Source: a bacterium
Lineage (GTDB): Bacteria > Fidelibacterota > Marinisomatia > Marinisomatales > UBA1611
DNA length: 34,717 bases
Assembly: GCA_038127595.1 (NCBI GenBank)
Contig: JAYPIC010000016.1
Location: 1 to 34,717, forward strand
Direction of reading: 5' to 3'
The notes beneath the pieces were generated by a model. It worked only from the letters and a program-made list of their open reading frames with translations, had not been told where the DNA came from and made no database searches. The position numbers and the translations under genes are program-made. Positions 1 through 8,352 of this stretch are shown piece after piece. Numbering within the stretch: the stretch's first letter is position 1; the number at the start of each line of letters is the position of its first letter.

Positions 1-1
1 C

Positions 2-2332
2 TAGACTAAACCTAGCTTCTCCAAGAGCAGGGTAAGTACCTACTGGTCCACTATAACTAGTGCTAAACGAACCCTTGGGCTGTGTAGTAAAGGTGTAACT
101 ATACTGATCTCTAATATTGATCTGAGTACCTGTTACCTGATCGATCAAGATCATTTCAACATGCATAGGAAGGTCAGCAATATCCCAGCTTACGGTTATA
201 TCATTTTCTATTGTACTAAAGTTACCTTCTTCTACTTCAAGGGACATAACATCTACTGGTACTTCAAACGCTTGATCTTGAGAATATGGCAGGTTATTAA
301 TATCCAAACTACTTTCATTATTATAAGACATAGCAGCTATCCTGGAGCTAGCAGCAAGCGGTAATAGTTTGTATGCATCCTTATCATCTTTGTGCATTTC
401 TCCATCTTCTGTGAAAGAGAACCAGGCGACATCGTGCTTGTTATCAATAGAAGTAAAGGTCAAAGATAAACTACCTGACTCTTCCATATCTGCAATACGG
501 TAAAAGGTACCTGCAGAAGAGGACTTGTCTGCTTCTTCGATCGTGATTGAGCCAGAACCAGAACCATTTGCTTGTACCCAGAACCCTTGGTACGGTGCGA
601 TCAGACCATCCGTAAGTCCGCCCGTAGAGCCATTCCAACTTTTATAGTCAGTAACTGCATCATCCCAAACATAGACAGTCGAAGTCACATTTGTCTTGGT
701 CACATCATCCCAATCAATGGTAGAATAATAAGGGTTACCTGCTAATCCATAAGCATTAGCAGCAATGGAACCAGAAGCAGGGTAGGTAGCACTACCACTA
801 TTTTCTGTTCCACTGACGCTTAAGGTGATCGGTAAATCATCGGTGCCATCATTATCATTATCTGCAAAAATGTACGATAAAAATCCCTGCCCAGCTGCAA
901 TGGAAGTACCTGAGCCAGAGATATCACTTAATGCTGTCCAATTTTGCCCAGCGTGATCAAAAGTCCAAACATTGGCACTAGCGCCAGTCATATCAGCACC
1001 AGTCATGCCTTGTGTCCAGGCATTTGTCAATAGTTCTCCAAGTACTTGCCCAGAAACAGGACTTGCCATCATTCTAAAACCAGCGTCACCACTAACCTTA
1101 GCAGCAAATGAATTATACACTCGAACATGACCTCCGAATGCACCGGATGAATTGTTATTTCTTGCACCTACGGCGATTTTATCACCATATGCATTCATAG
1201 ATACAGAGAAACCAAAATTATCACCTGCAGCTTCTGCGTCAATATCTGATCCTAACTGAGCCCAACTACTTCCGTTCCAGGAGAACACTCGAACATGACC
1301 AGCGTTAGAACCATTGCCATCATTGTAGATTGCTCCAACAGCTAATCGATCGCCGTTAGAGTTTATTGAGACCCCGCGTCCAAAATTATCTTCCTCAGCT
1401 TCTCCATCAATATTTGATCCTAACTGAGTCCAACTACTGCCGTTCCAGGAGTATACCCGAGCATGACCTGCGTTAGATCCATTACCATCATTTCTTGTTG
1501 ATCCAATGACAACCCTATCCCCATCTGAATTCATAGAAACAGAAAATCCACAATAATCATCTGTGGCTTCACCATCAATATCTGAGCCCATCTGAGTCCA
1601 ACTACTTCCATCCCAAGAATATACCCTCACATGCCCTGAATTGGTTCCATTACCATCATTCAAATATGCTCCAATGGCTACCCTGTTCCCATTTGAATTT
1701 ATAGAGACAGATGCCCCAAAAGTATCACTGCCAGCTTCTCCATCAATATCTGAGCCTAATTGGACCCAGCTACTTCCATTCCACGAATATACTCGCACGT
1801 GACCCGCATTACTAGCCGTACCATCATTATATATTGCTCCAATGGCAACTCTATCCCCATTTGAATTCATAGAGACAGAATACCCAAAATTATCACCAGC
1901 ATTTTCTCCATCAATGTCTGAGCCCAATTGAGTCCAACTACTTCCATCCCAAGAATATACCCTCACATGCCCAGAGTTAGAGCCATTACCATCATTTCCT
2001 GTTGCTCCAATGGCGACCCTATCCCCATCTGAATTCATAGAGACAGATCGTCCAGAATAATCGCTTGCAGCTTCTCCATCAATATCTGATCCCAGCTGAG
2101 TCCAGCTACTTCCATTCCATGAGTATACCCTCACATGACCTGAGTTAGAGCCATTACCACCATTTTGGAGTGCCCCTATTGCTACACGATCGCCATTTGA
2201 ACTTAACGAAACTGAGAACCCACTCCTATCGCTTGCAGCTTCTGCATCAATGTCGCTACCTAATTGATCTTGAGAAAATAAAAAAGTAGAAAGTGATAAA
2301 ATGATTGTTATGTAATGTTTTAAAAATTTCAT
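2..2332 (-). CDS. Secreted surface protein with seven FG-GAP-like beta-propeller repeats followed by an extracellular domain (3' end runs off the window)
   Basis: Not in the ORF track. Manual translation from ATG 2332: MKFLKHYITIILSLSTFLFSQDQLGSDIDAEAASDRSGFSVSLSSNGDRVAIGA.... Signal peptide, then seven 56-aa repeats, then ...GNPYYSTIDWDDV...IAPYQGFWVQ.... The same frame is still coding at position 2 (...GTYPALGEARFSL). Confidence 0.93.
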   Translation of the reverse strand, partial: MKFLKHYITIILSLSTFLFSQDQLGSDIDAEAASDRSGFSVSLSSNGDRVAIGALQNGGNGSNSGHVRVYSWNGSSWTQLGSDIDGEAASDYSGRSVSMNSDGDRVAIGATGNDGNGSNSGHVRVYSWDGSSWTQLGSDIDGENAGDNFGYSVSMNSNGDRVAIGAIYNDGTASNAGHVRVYSWNGSSWVQLGSDIDGEAGSDTFGASVSINSNGNRVAIGAYLNDGNGTNSGHVRVYSWDGSSWTQMGSDIDGEATDDYCGFSVSMNSDGDRVVIGSTRNDGNGSNAGHARVYSWNGSSWTQLGSNIDGEAEEDNFGRGVSINSNGDRLAVGAIYNDGNGSNAGHVRVFSWNGSSWAQLGSDIDAEAAGDNFGFSVSMNAYGDKIAVGARNNNSSGAFGGHVRVYNSFAAKVSGDAGFRMMASPVSGQVLGELLTNAWTQGMTGADMTGASANVWTFDHAGQNWTALSDISGSGTSIAAGQGFLSYIFADNDNDGTDDLPITLSVSGTENSGSATYPASGSIAANAYGLAGNPYYSTIDWDDVTKTNVTSTVYVWDDAVTDYKSWNGSTGGLTDGLIAPYQGFWVQANGSGSGSITIEEADKSSSAGTFYRIADMEESGSLSLTFTSIDNKHDVAWFSFTEDGEMHKDDKDAYKLLPLAASSRIAAMSYNNESSLDINNLPYSQDQAFEVPVDVMSLEVEEGNFSTIENDITVSWDIADLPMHVEMILIDQVTGTQINIRDQYSYTFTTQPKGSFSTSYSGPVGTYPALGEARFSL
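1115..2270 (-). repeat. Seven tandem coding repeats, 168 bp / 56 aa period (DIDGEAxxDxxGxSVSxNSxGDRVAIGAxxNDGNGSNxGHVRVYSWxGSSWTQLGS)
   Basis: The DIDxE-encoding motif recurs every 168 nt, at about 2244, 2076, 1908, 1740, 1572, 1404 and 1236. Confidence 0.92.
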
Positions 2333-2428
2333 AATTATCCTATTTAGGTTATATAATAGTTTAAAACTACTAAAATTTTATTAGCAATTATCTTTGATTA
2401 TTTGGGATTTTAATGAACAATTTATTAA

Positions 2429-3925
2429 ATGAACATATCTATCATTTGGTTTAAAAAAGACTTACGCATCGTTGATCATAAACCTTTACATGAGGCTTGT
2501 AAATCTGGGTTAGTTTTGCCTTTGTACATTTATGAACCTGAAATAATTGAAGCTGATGATTATGATCCAAGACATCATCAGTTCATTAATGACTCGCTTA
2601 TGTCTTTAGAAGAAAATTTAAAAGCCATCGGCGGATTTCTTCATTTAGAATATGGCTCTGCCATAGATGTCTTTAAAAAATTAAAAAATACTTTACCCTA
2701 CTCAATTTCAGTTTATTCTCATGAAGAGACAGGTAATTGGGTAAGCTATCAAAGAGATATAAAATTTAAAAAGTGGTGCAATGATCAAAATATTAATTGG
2801 CATGAATTTCAGCAACATGGAGTTCAAAGACCTATTTTTGATAGAGATGGTTGGTCATATGAGTGGAAAAAGTTTATGAATCTCCCAATATTAGATGTTC
2901 CAAAAAACATAAAGTTCTATTCTTTTGATTACTTATTTGATTTAATAGATATCAAAAAAATTGGAAAGCATATTACGCATACATCTATTCAAAAAGGGGG
3001 TAGGGAGGCTGGATTGAAACTACTTGATTCTTTTCTTGAAACCCGCGGGAAAAATTATTCCAAAGAAATGTCAAGCCCTTTAACAGCAATAACTAGCTGT
3101 AGCAGACTAAGTCCTCATCTAACATTTGGCAATTTAAGTGTTCGCGAAGTGTATAAAATAGCTAAAGCAAAGAGAGATAAACTCAAAGGAATTAAGAACG
3201 TTGGGGCTTGGCGGTCATCCATTTCTTCATTTCTAGGCAGATTAAGATGGCATTGTCACTTCATTCAAAAACTAGAGGACCAGCCTCAGATTGAATGGGA
3301 GAATATGTCACGTTCATATGATTCTATTCGGCATGATTTTAATGAAGCATATTTTATTGCTTGGAAGAATGGGCAAACCGGATATCCTCTGATTGATGCA
3401 TGTATGCGGTGTCTAAAAGCTACAGGCTACATTAATTTTCGTATGAGAGCTATGCTTGTTTCGTTTGCTAGTTATGATCTTTGGTTAGACTGGAGAAAAA
3501 CAAGTAAATACTTGGCTACACAATTTACCGATTATGAACCTGGTATCCATTACAGTCAGTTTCAAATGCAGTCTGGAGTAACAGGAATCAATTCAATTCG
3601 AATTTATAATCCCGTAAAGCAGCAAAAAGATCATGATGGAGAAGGTATTTTTGTTCGTGCATGGGTTCCAGAATTAAAAGAAGTGCCTCTAGAATATATT
3701 TTCACTCCACATTTGATGAGTGAGGGATTTCAAGAGATCTACAATTGTAAAATTGGAACAGATTATCCTGAGCCAATTGTTGATCATGGGTTGCAAGTAA
3801 AAAAAGCCAAACAGGTCCTCTATGGGATAAAGAAAACTGAGGGCGCTAGAGTTGAGGCAAAAAAAGTTTATCTAAAACATGGAAGCCGAAGAAGACCATT
3901 TTCAAAGAGAGTGCCTACGACTTAA
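2429..3925 (+). CDS. Cryptochrome/DNA photolyase family protein
   Basis: N-terminal WFKKDLRIVDH motif; SRLSPHL; GQTGYPLIDACMR; INFRMRAML; RIYNPVKQ FAD-binding domain motifs. Confidence 0.93.
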   Translation: MNISIIWFKKDLRIVDHKPLHEACKSGLVLPLYIYEPEIIEADDYDPRHHQFINDSLMSLEENLKAIGGFLHLEYGSAIDVFKKLKNTLPYSISVYSHEETGNWVSYQRDIKFKKWCNDQNINWHEFQQHGVQRPIFDRDGWSYEWKKFMNLPILDVPKNIKFYSFDYLFDLIDIKKIGKHITHTSIQKGGREAGLKLLDSFLETRGKNYSKEMSSPLTAITSCSRLSPHLTFGNLSVREVYKIAKAKRDKLKGIKNVGAWRSSISSFLGRLRWHCHFIQKLEDQPQIEWENMSRSYDSIRHDFNEAYFIAWKNGQTGYPLIDACMRCLKATGYINFRMRAMLVSFASYDLWLDWRKTSKYLATQFTDYEPGIHYSQFQMQSGVTGINSIRIYNPVKQQKDHDGEGIFVRAWVPELKEVPLEYIFTPHLMSEGFQEIYNCKIGTDYPEPIVDHGLQVKKAKQVLYGIKKTEGARVEAKKVYLKHGSRRRPFSKRVPTT

Positions 3926-4832
3926 TTGTTCCAATTGTTTTAGTGCATTGAATAAAAAGATTATGAAATGCCTCTACTGTATGATCAATAGGGTCTGAAT
4001 ATCCACCGCCCATAAATATAAGTAGAGGTAAATTTTGTGTATCGCAAAAATTTAAAACAAGTTCATTTCTTTTTTTCATTCCATCTTGGGTAAGATTTAA
4101 ATGCCCAAGACTATCGAACTTAAGTGAATCGACCCCAGCTTGAAAAAAAACGATATCAAACTTAATGTTTTTAAGTTTATATAAATTTTCTTTAAGGATT
4201 TCAATATATTCCTTATCCCCTGTACCTTTTTCTAATTCAACATCTAAATCACTCTTTTGCTTTTTTAATGGAAAGTTTACCCCACAGTGCATTGAAAATG
4301 TGAAAACGCTCTCTACATCTTTTAACATCGTTGCTGATCCATCTCCTTGATGAACATCAAGATCTAGCACTAATATATTTTGATATTTTTTATATTTATT
4401 TTTACAATAATTCGCAGTCAAAGCGATATCGTTAAAAATACAATATCCGGATCCATAGTCATAGTGTGCATGATGTGTTCCTCCTGCTAAATTAGATGAA
4501 ATTCCATTTTTTATAGCAGAATCGAGTGCATTAATCCCCCCGCCCATGATAAAAAGAGTTCTATCTACAATGTCTTTCGTCCATGGCCTAAGGCCTATTG
4601 CTCTTTGCTTAGATTCAGAAAGAGTACCATCAATAAAATTGTCAACATATTCTTTTTGATGTACATTATATAACAGGTCAAGATCAATTTTTTCAGGGGC
4701 CCTGAATTTAATTTTTTTATTTGCCTTTGAATTTGAAATTGATTCAAAAATCAATTTATATCTATCCCTAGGAAATTTTGAGTTTTTAGATATACCAGAG
4801 GTATATAATGGATGGTAAAATATTTCTAACAT
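3915..4832 (-). CDS. Histone deacetylase family (AcuC/AphA-like) Zn-dependent deacylase
   Basis: GGTHHA, GYCIFND, DLDVHQGDG, AGVD and GGGY motifs. Confidence 0.93.
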   Translation of the reverse strand: MLEIFYHPLYTSGISKNSKFPRDRYKLIFESISNSKANKKIKFRAPEKIDLDLLYNVHQKEYVDNFIDGTLSESKQRAIGLRPWTKDIVDRTLFIMGGGINALDSAIKNGISSNLAGGTHHAHYDYGSGYCIFNDIALTANYCKNKYKKYQNILVLDLDVHQGDGSATMLKDVESVFTFSMHCGVNFPLKKQKSDLDVELEKGTGDKEYIEILKENLYKLKNIKFDIVFFQAGVDSLKFDSLGHLNLTQDGMKKRNELVLNFCDTQNLPLLIFMGGGYSDPIDHTVEAFHNLFIQCTKTIGTIKS

Positions 4833-4920
4833 ATATATTTTAAAAACTAATATAGGTTGAGTTTGAATCGGTTATCTAACTATTTTGGAATAGACATTTT
4901 AATAAATTTTTATATATATA

Positions 4921-5442
4921 ATGCATTGTATTAAGTGTGGTAATAAAACAGATTTAGTAATTCCAGATGGGGATAATAAAAACCGGCAGGTGTGTACTGT
5001 TTGTGGACATATTCATTATGTTAATCCAAATATAATTGTAGGGATCTTGCCTGTTAAGGAAAATAAAATACTGCTTTGTAAAAGGGCAATAGAACCAGGC
5101 TTTGGGAAATGGACACTACCTTCTGGATTTATGGAAATTGGTGAATCACTAGAGCAAGGAGCAAAAAGAGAAGCTAAAGAGGAGGCAAACCTTCAAGTTC
5201 AAATACTGCATTTGCAGACTACTTACAGCCTTCCAAAAATAGGTCAGGTATATATCCTTTATTTAGGTGAGATCGTTAATGATGATTTTGCACCCATGGA
5301 TGAGACATTAGAAGTAAGATTATTTAGTATTCAAGATGTTCCTTGGGAAAATATTGCATTTTCCTCTGTAACCTTTGCTTTAGAAAAATATGTTGATGAT
5401 TATAATAATGGAGTTAAAAATCAATGTTACTCAAATTATTAA
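4921..5442 (+). CDS. Nudix hydrolase with N-terminal zinc ribbon
   Basis: CxxC...CxxCG ribbon; Nudix box GFMEIGESLEQGAKREAKEEA. Confidence 0.92.
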   Translation: MHCIKCGNKTDLVIPDGDNKNRQVCTVCGHIHYVNPNIIVGILPVKENKILLCKRAIEPGFGKWTLPSGFMEIGESLEQGAKREAKEEANLQVQILHLQTTYSLPKIGQVYILYLGEIVNDDFAPMDETLEVRLFSIQDVPWENIAFSSVTFALEKYVDDYNNGVKNQCYSNY

Positions 5443-5452
5443 GTGCTATCTT

Positions 5453-6022
5453 TTGAAATATTTCTCCAAAATATTTTTTTTATTTTTACTTAAATGTTCA
5501 CTTTTTGTATCAATGGTTGAAGCTAAAATAATATATGATTTTTCTAAAGTGGAAAATCTTGATGGCTGGTATGTTGTTGATGATGGAGTTATGGGCGGTA
5601 GGTCAAAGGGTAAATTAAAGATTGAAAATGGCGATACTGGCGTATTTTCTGGAAAGATATCGTTAGAGAATTATGGTGGTTTTAGTTCAATACGATATTA
5701 TGCAGGAAAGCTAAATGTTAAAAAAAATAAATATGTGACAGTTATACTTAGCGGCGATGACAAGTATTATCAGCTTCGTATTAGGTCATCAAGAAATGAC
5801 CGCCATGTTTACACCAAAAAGTTTTTTGCAAAAGATGGTTGGCAGGAGATAAGAATACCCCTCGATTCTATGGAGCCGTATTTTAGAGGACAGCGTTTAA
5901 GGATGAGTAACTTTGATAAAAAATATATTTCAGAAATTGGTTTTTTAATTGGAAATAAGGTTAGAGAAAACTTTGAACTAAAAATTCGATCAATTATGCT
6001 AGAAGAAGATTATGAACTGTAA
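5453..6022 (+). CDS. CIA30 family protein (complex I intermediate-associated protein 30-like), probably exported
   Basis: WYVVDDGVMGGRS and SLENYGGFSSIR motifs. The TTG start at 5453 avoids overlap with the Nudix gene and gives a signal-peptide-like N-terminus; the start is uncertain (track start 5390). Confidence 0.85.
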   Translation: MKYFSKIFFLFLLKCSLFVSMVEAKIIYDFSKVENLDGWYVVDDGVMGGRSKGKLKIENGDTGVFSGKISLENYGGFSSIRYYAGKLNVKKNKYVTVILSGDDKYYQLRIRSSRNDRHVYTKKFFAKDGWQEIRIPLDSMEPYFRGQRLRMSNFDKKYISEIGFLIGNKVRENFELKIRSIMLEEDYEL

Positions 6023-6108
6023 TATAAGTATGGTAAGAATGACTAGTTTAATTTTTGCTGTGTGCTTAATATTTTTAAGTTTAAAAACTATTAACCTTTG
6101 GAGTTACG

Positions 6109-6462
6109 ATGGTGTTTAGTATTGAAGTACTTATTGAGGCATTAAAAATAATTGCTGCAGTAGCTGTTTATTTTGTCTGGGTAGTAAGATATGATAACAT
6201 TAAAAAAGAATTTTCCGACTATAAGTTGCCAAAAATGTTCAGAGATTTAATTGGAATACTTAAAATTTCCTTTACGGTAATGCTGCAATTTGATGATAGT
6301 AATTTGATTATCATAGGTTCACTTGGAATTGTTATCCTTATGTTAGGAGCTGTAGCAACTCACTTAAAAGTCAAAAACCCACCATAAACTATGCTTCCGG
6401 CAGTAACAATGCTGTCTATTGGTTTGATTATTTTGCTTCACACATTAGGTCAGGTTCAATAA
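6109..6462 (+). pseudogene. DoxX-like membrane protein interrupted by an in-frame TAA at 6385-6387
   Basis: The frame continues ...HLKVKNPP*TMLPAVTMLSIGLIILLHTLGQVQ* to TAA 6462, supplying the expected last hydrophobic helix. Confidence 0.7.
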
Positions 6463-6539
6463 GCAAATACATATTAAACCAGTCTCTTTGTAGGGACGAC
6501 AATTATTTATTTTAAATAAAATAATCTCACAATAAGCCC

Positions 6540-6860
6540 ATGGCAAAATATTTTGTATATGTTATTGAGCTTGACCCTAAAGTAGCTGACCTTAGAAAAT
6601 TTAGAGCTAAAAACCCTCAATACATCAAAGGGAATGGTTGCTTTTATATTGGGCAATCCACAAGAGATCCAGAACTGAGGCTTGAGCAACACAAGGAAGG
6701 ATATAAGTCAAATAAATATGCTAAATATTATGGTGAAAAATTACGGCCTGACATTTATGACAAATATAACCCTATACCAACTCGAAAGGATGCTTTAAGT
6801 ATTGAGGAGTATTTAGGCAAAAAGCTAAAAAGTAAGGGTGCTGCTGTTTGGTATAATTAA
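6540..6860 (+). CDS. Small stand-alone GIY-YIG nuclease-superfamily protein
   Basis: YFVYVIEL...FYIGQS...RLEQHKEG...A..IE pattern. Confidence 0.75.
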   Translation: MAKYFVYVIELDPKVADLRKFRAKNPQYIKGNGCFYIGQSTRDPELRLEQHKEGYKSNKYAKYYGEKLRPDIYDKYNPIPTRKDALSIEEYLGKKLKSKGAAVWYN

Positions 6861-7876
6861 TTTAATTTAGAAGCCATTGATCTAAATGATAAAACAATTT
6901 GCCAAACCTCTGTTTCTTGATCTAGATTTCCCTCATTTGCTGCTGCAAAAGAGCCTTCTAAAAAAATTGGTTTTTGAAGATTAACACCAATAGCTCCTAA
7001 CCTAGTACTAAAAATATATCCAATTGAAGGGGTTGCAATAAATGCTGAAGAATTCGGGCTATGAACATCATTCCAATATGCTTTTGATAAAGACTCCAAG
7101 GATAGACTAAAATCAATAGATCCATCTATCTTATCAAATGTTTTATAAATTGTTGACAACATTATTTTTAATGATGATGGTGGCAAATAATAGTAGCTAT
7201 TTTCTTTAAGTGGCTTTTCAAAAGATATATTGCCACCAAAAAAAACTGGATTTGCAGTTCTTTTGTAATAAAATTGAAATTCTGAGATAAGATTATATGT
7301 ACCGTTACTCATACTAAAGTGTCTATGCGGGATGTATTCATTGTCAACTTTTAAAAATGGATTCTTTGTAAGAGTGTTTTTTGATGGAATATTTAGCCCA
7401 CCTCCCATGATTATTCTATAACCATCTCCTACACCTGTATTTTTTAAAAGATAGCGTAAAACAATTTTTGTGTCACCTAGGTAACCACCTTTAGCATTAT
7501 CAAAATCATTTCCAGTATGCTCATCCCGATGATGTACGGACTCGTTCTCACCATCATATTCCATAGTCCTAATTCCAAATGTTGATGTAGCAGAAATATT
7601 AACAATCTCGCTTAGGCCATATATGGCGCCAGGTCTAATTACGGAGCTAATTAAGTTGCCTCTGTGATCAAAATTTTCTCCAGGAACTGGAGCATGCCAC
7701 CAATCAATTAGTTGGGTGCTTTGAACTAAAGAGTAATAAAGCTCGCCTTTATTTGCTCCTAATCCTTTATTTGAATTACCACCTGGTAATGAGGGATTGC
7801 CTCAGAGCGCTCATTGGCCGTAAAGAGCAGAAGAGATAAAATAGAAAAGTATTGATAATTTGCTAATTATTTTCAT
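6857..7876 (-). CDS. Putative selenoprotein (U22-x-x-U25) exported/outer-membrane beta-barrel-like protein, 339 aa
   Basis: ATG 7876 gives MKIISKLSILFYFISSALYGQ-TGA-AL-TGA-GNPSLPGG..., continuing with no further stop in frame into the 235-aa track ORF (7876-7564 = 312 nt). A SECIS-like hairpin follows the TGAs. Amphipathic beta-strand patterns and a HHRDEH loop are present. Confidence 0.8.
7762..7798 (-). promoter_or_regulatory. Bacterial SECIS-like stem-loop (upper stem ATTACC-AGGT-GGTAAT at 7790..7775; possible lower stem AATCC/GGATT)
   Basis: Perfect 6-bp stem with a G/GU-containing 4-nt loop, starting 11 nt after TGA 7804..7802. The loop lies 17 nt and 26 nt downstream of the two TGAs. 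Confidence 0.7.
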
Positions 7877-7962
7877 ATTGAAATTTCATAATCATTGTAT
7901 ATAAAAGCCTAGTGAATTAAATATATTTAGTAAAATAAGATAAAATATTAAATAATTAACTA

Positions 7963-7992
7963 TTGACACGTATAAACATTAAAGTTTAAATT
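7963..7992 (+). promoter_or_regulatory. Candidate sigma70 promoter (TTGACA, 17-18 nt spacer, TTAAAT/TAAATT)
   Basis: Perfect -35 TTGACA at 7963-7968 with a plausible -10. The AT-rich context lowers specificity. Confidence 0.4.
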
Positions 7993-8036
7993 AATATATC
8001 GATATTACTTAAACATTAAATATTTATATTTGCTTT

Positions 8037-8067
8037 TTTAAAAATTTAAAAATTTAAAAATTTAAAA
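8037..8067. repeat. Tandem 8-mer (TTTAAAAA) x ~3.9
   Basis: Directly visible in the intergenic region. Confidence 0.7.
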
Positions 8068-8082
8068 GATTATTGCTCAGCC

Positions 8083-8186
8083 GTGATGGAATTACTTCTT
8101 CCATCATTTTATGTTGCCCCTCTTTTCAATTAGTAGAGTCTTCTACTTCCTTCTTGTGTTCTAAAACTAGGGGGGCAAATCTTTTC
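8083..8186. other. Structured intergenic element (two hairpins); possible ncRNA, leader or terminator
   Basis: TGATGGAA/TTCCATCA (8084-8106); TTGCCCCTCT/AGGGGGGCAA (8114-8178) enclosing AGTAGA/TCTACT (8132-8147). Confidence 0.45.
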
Positions 8187-8352
8187 AAAAACATATATAA
8201 TTGCTTATTTTTTTCATCCATTCAAACTTAATTTTTATTTTCCATTTTTGGCTAAAAGTCTTTTTTATTGGGCCTATAATAACTAGGAAATAGAGTAGCA
8301 TATTTTTTCGCTTTATCAAAGTTTAAATCTTAGCTCATTTGATTTTGTCATA

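Noticed and set aside
161..364. Track ORF of 67 aa on the + strand
   Set aside because: Antisense shadow inside the long minus-strand propeller gene.
1115..2270. 168-bp repeats as a CRISPR array or non-coding repeat
   Set aside because: They are in-frame coding repeats with synonymous variation, no unique spacers and no cas genes.
6540..6860. GIY-YIG gene as a homing endonuclease or mobile element
   Set aside because: It is too short for extra DNA-binding modules, and no intron, terminal repeats or target duplication are visible.
7802..7813. Genome-wide TGA reassignment (code 4 or 25) as the explanation for the in-frame TGAs
   Set aside because: TGA ends genes at natural positions (13871, 15378, 17107, 25288, 26513) and conserved Trp residues use TGG.
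8083..8186. tRNA-Sec or another tRNA in the structured intergenic region
   Set aside because: I could not build a cloverleaf, a TCA anticodon arm or a T-loop on either strand.
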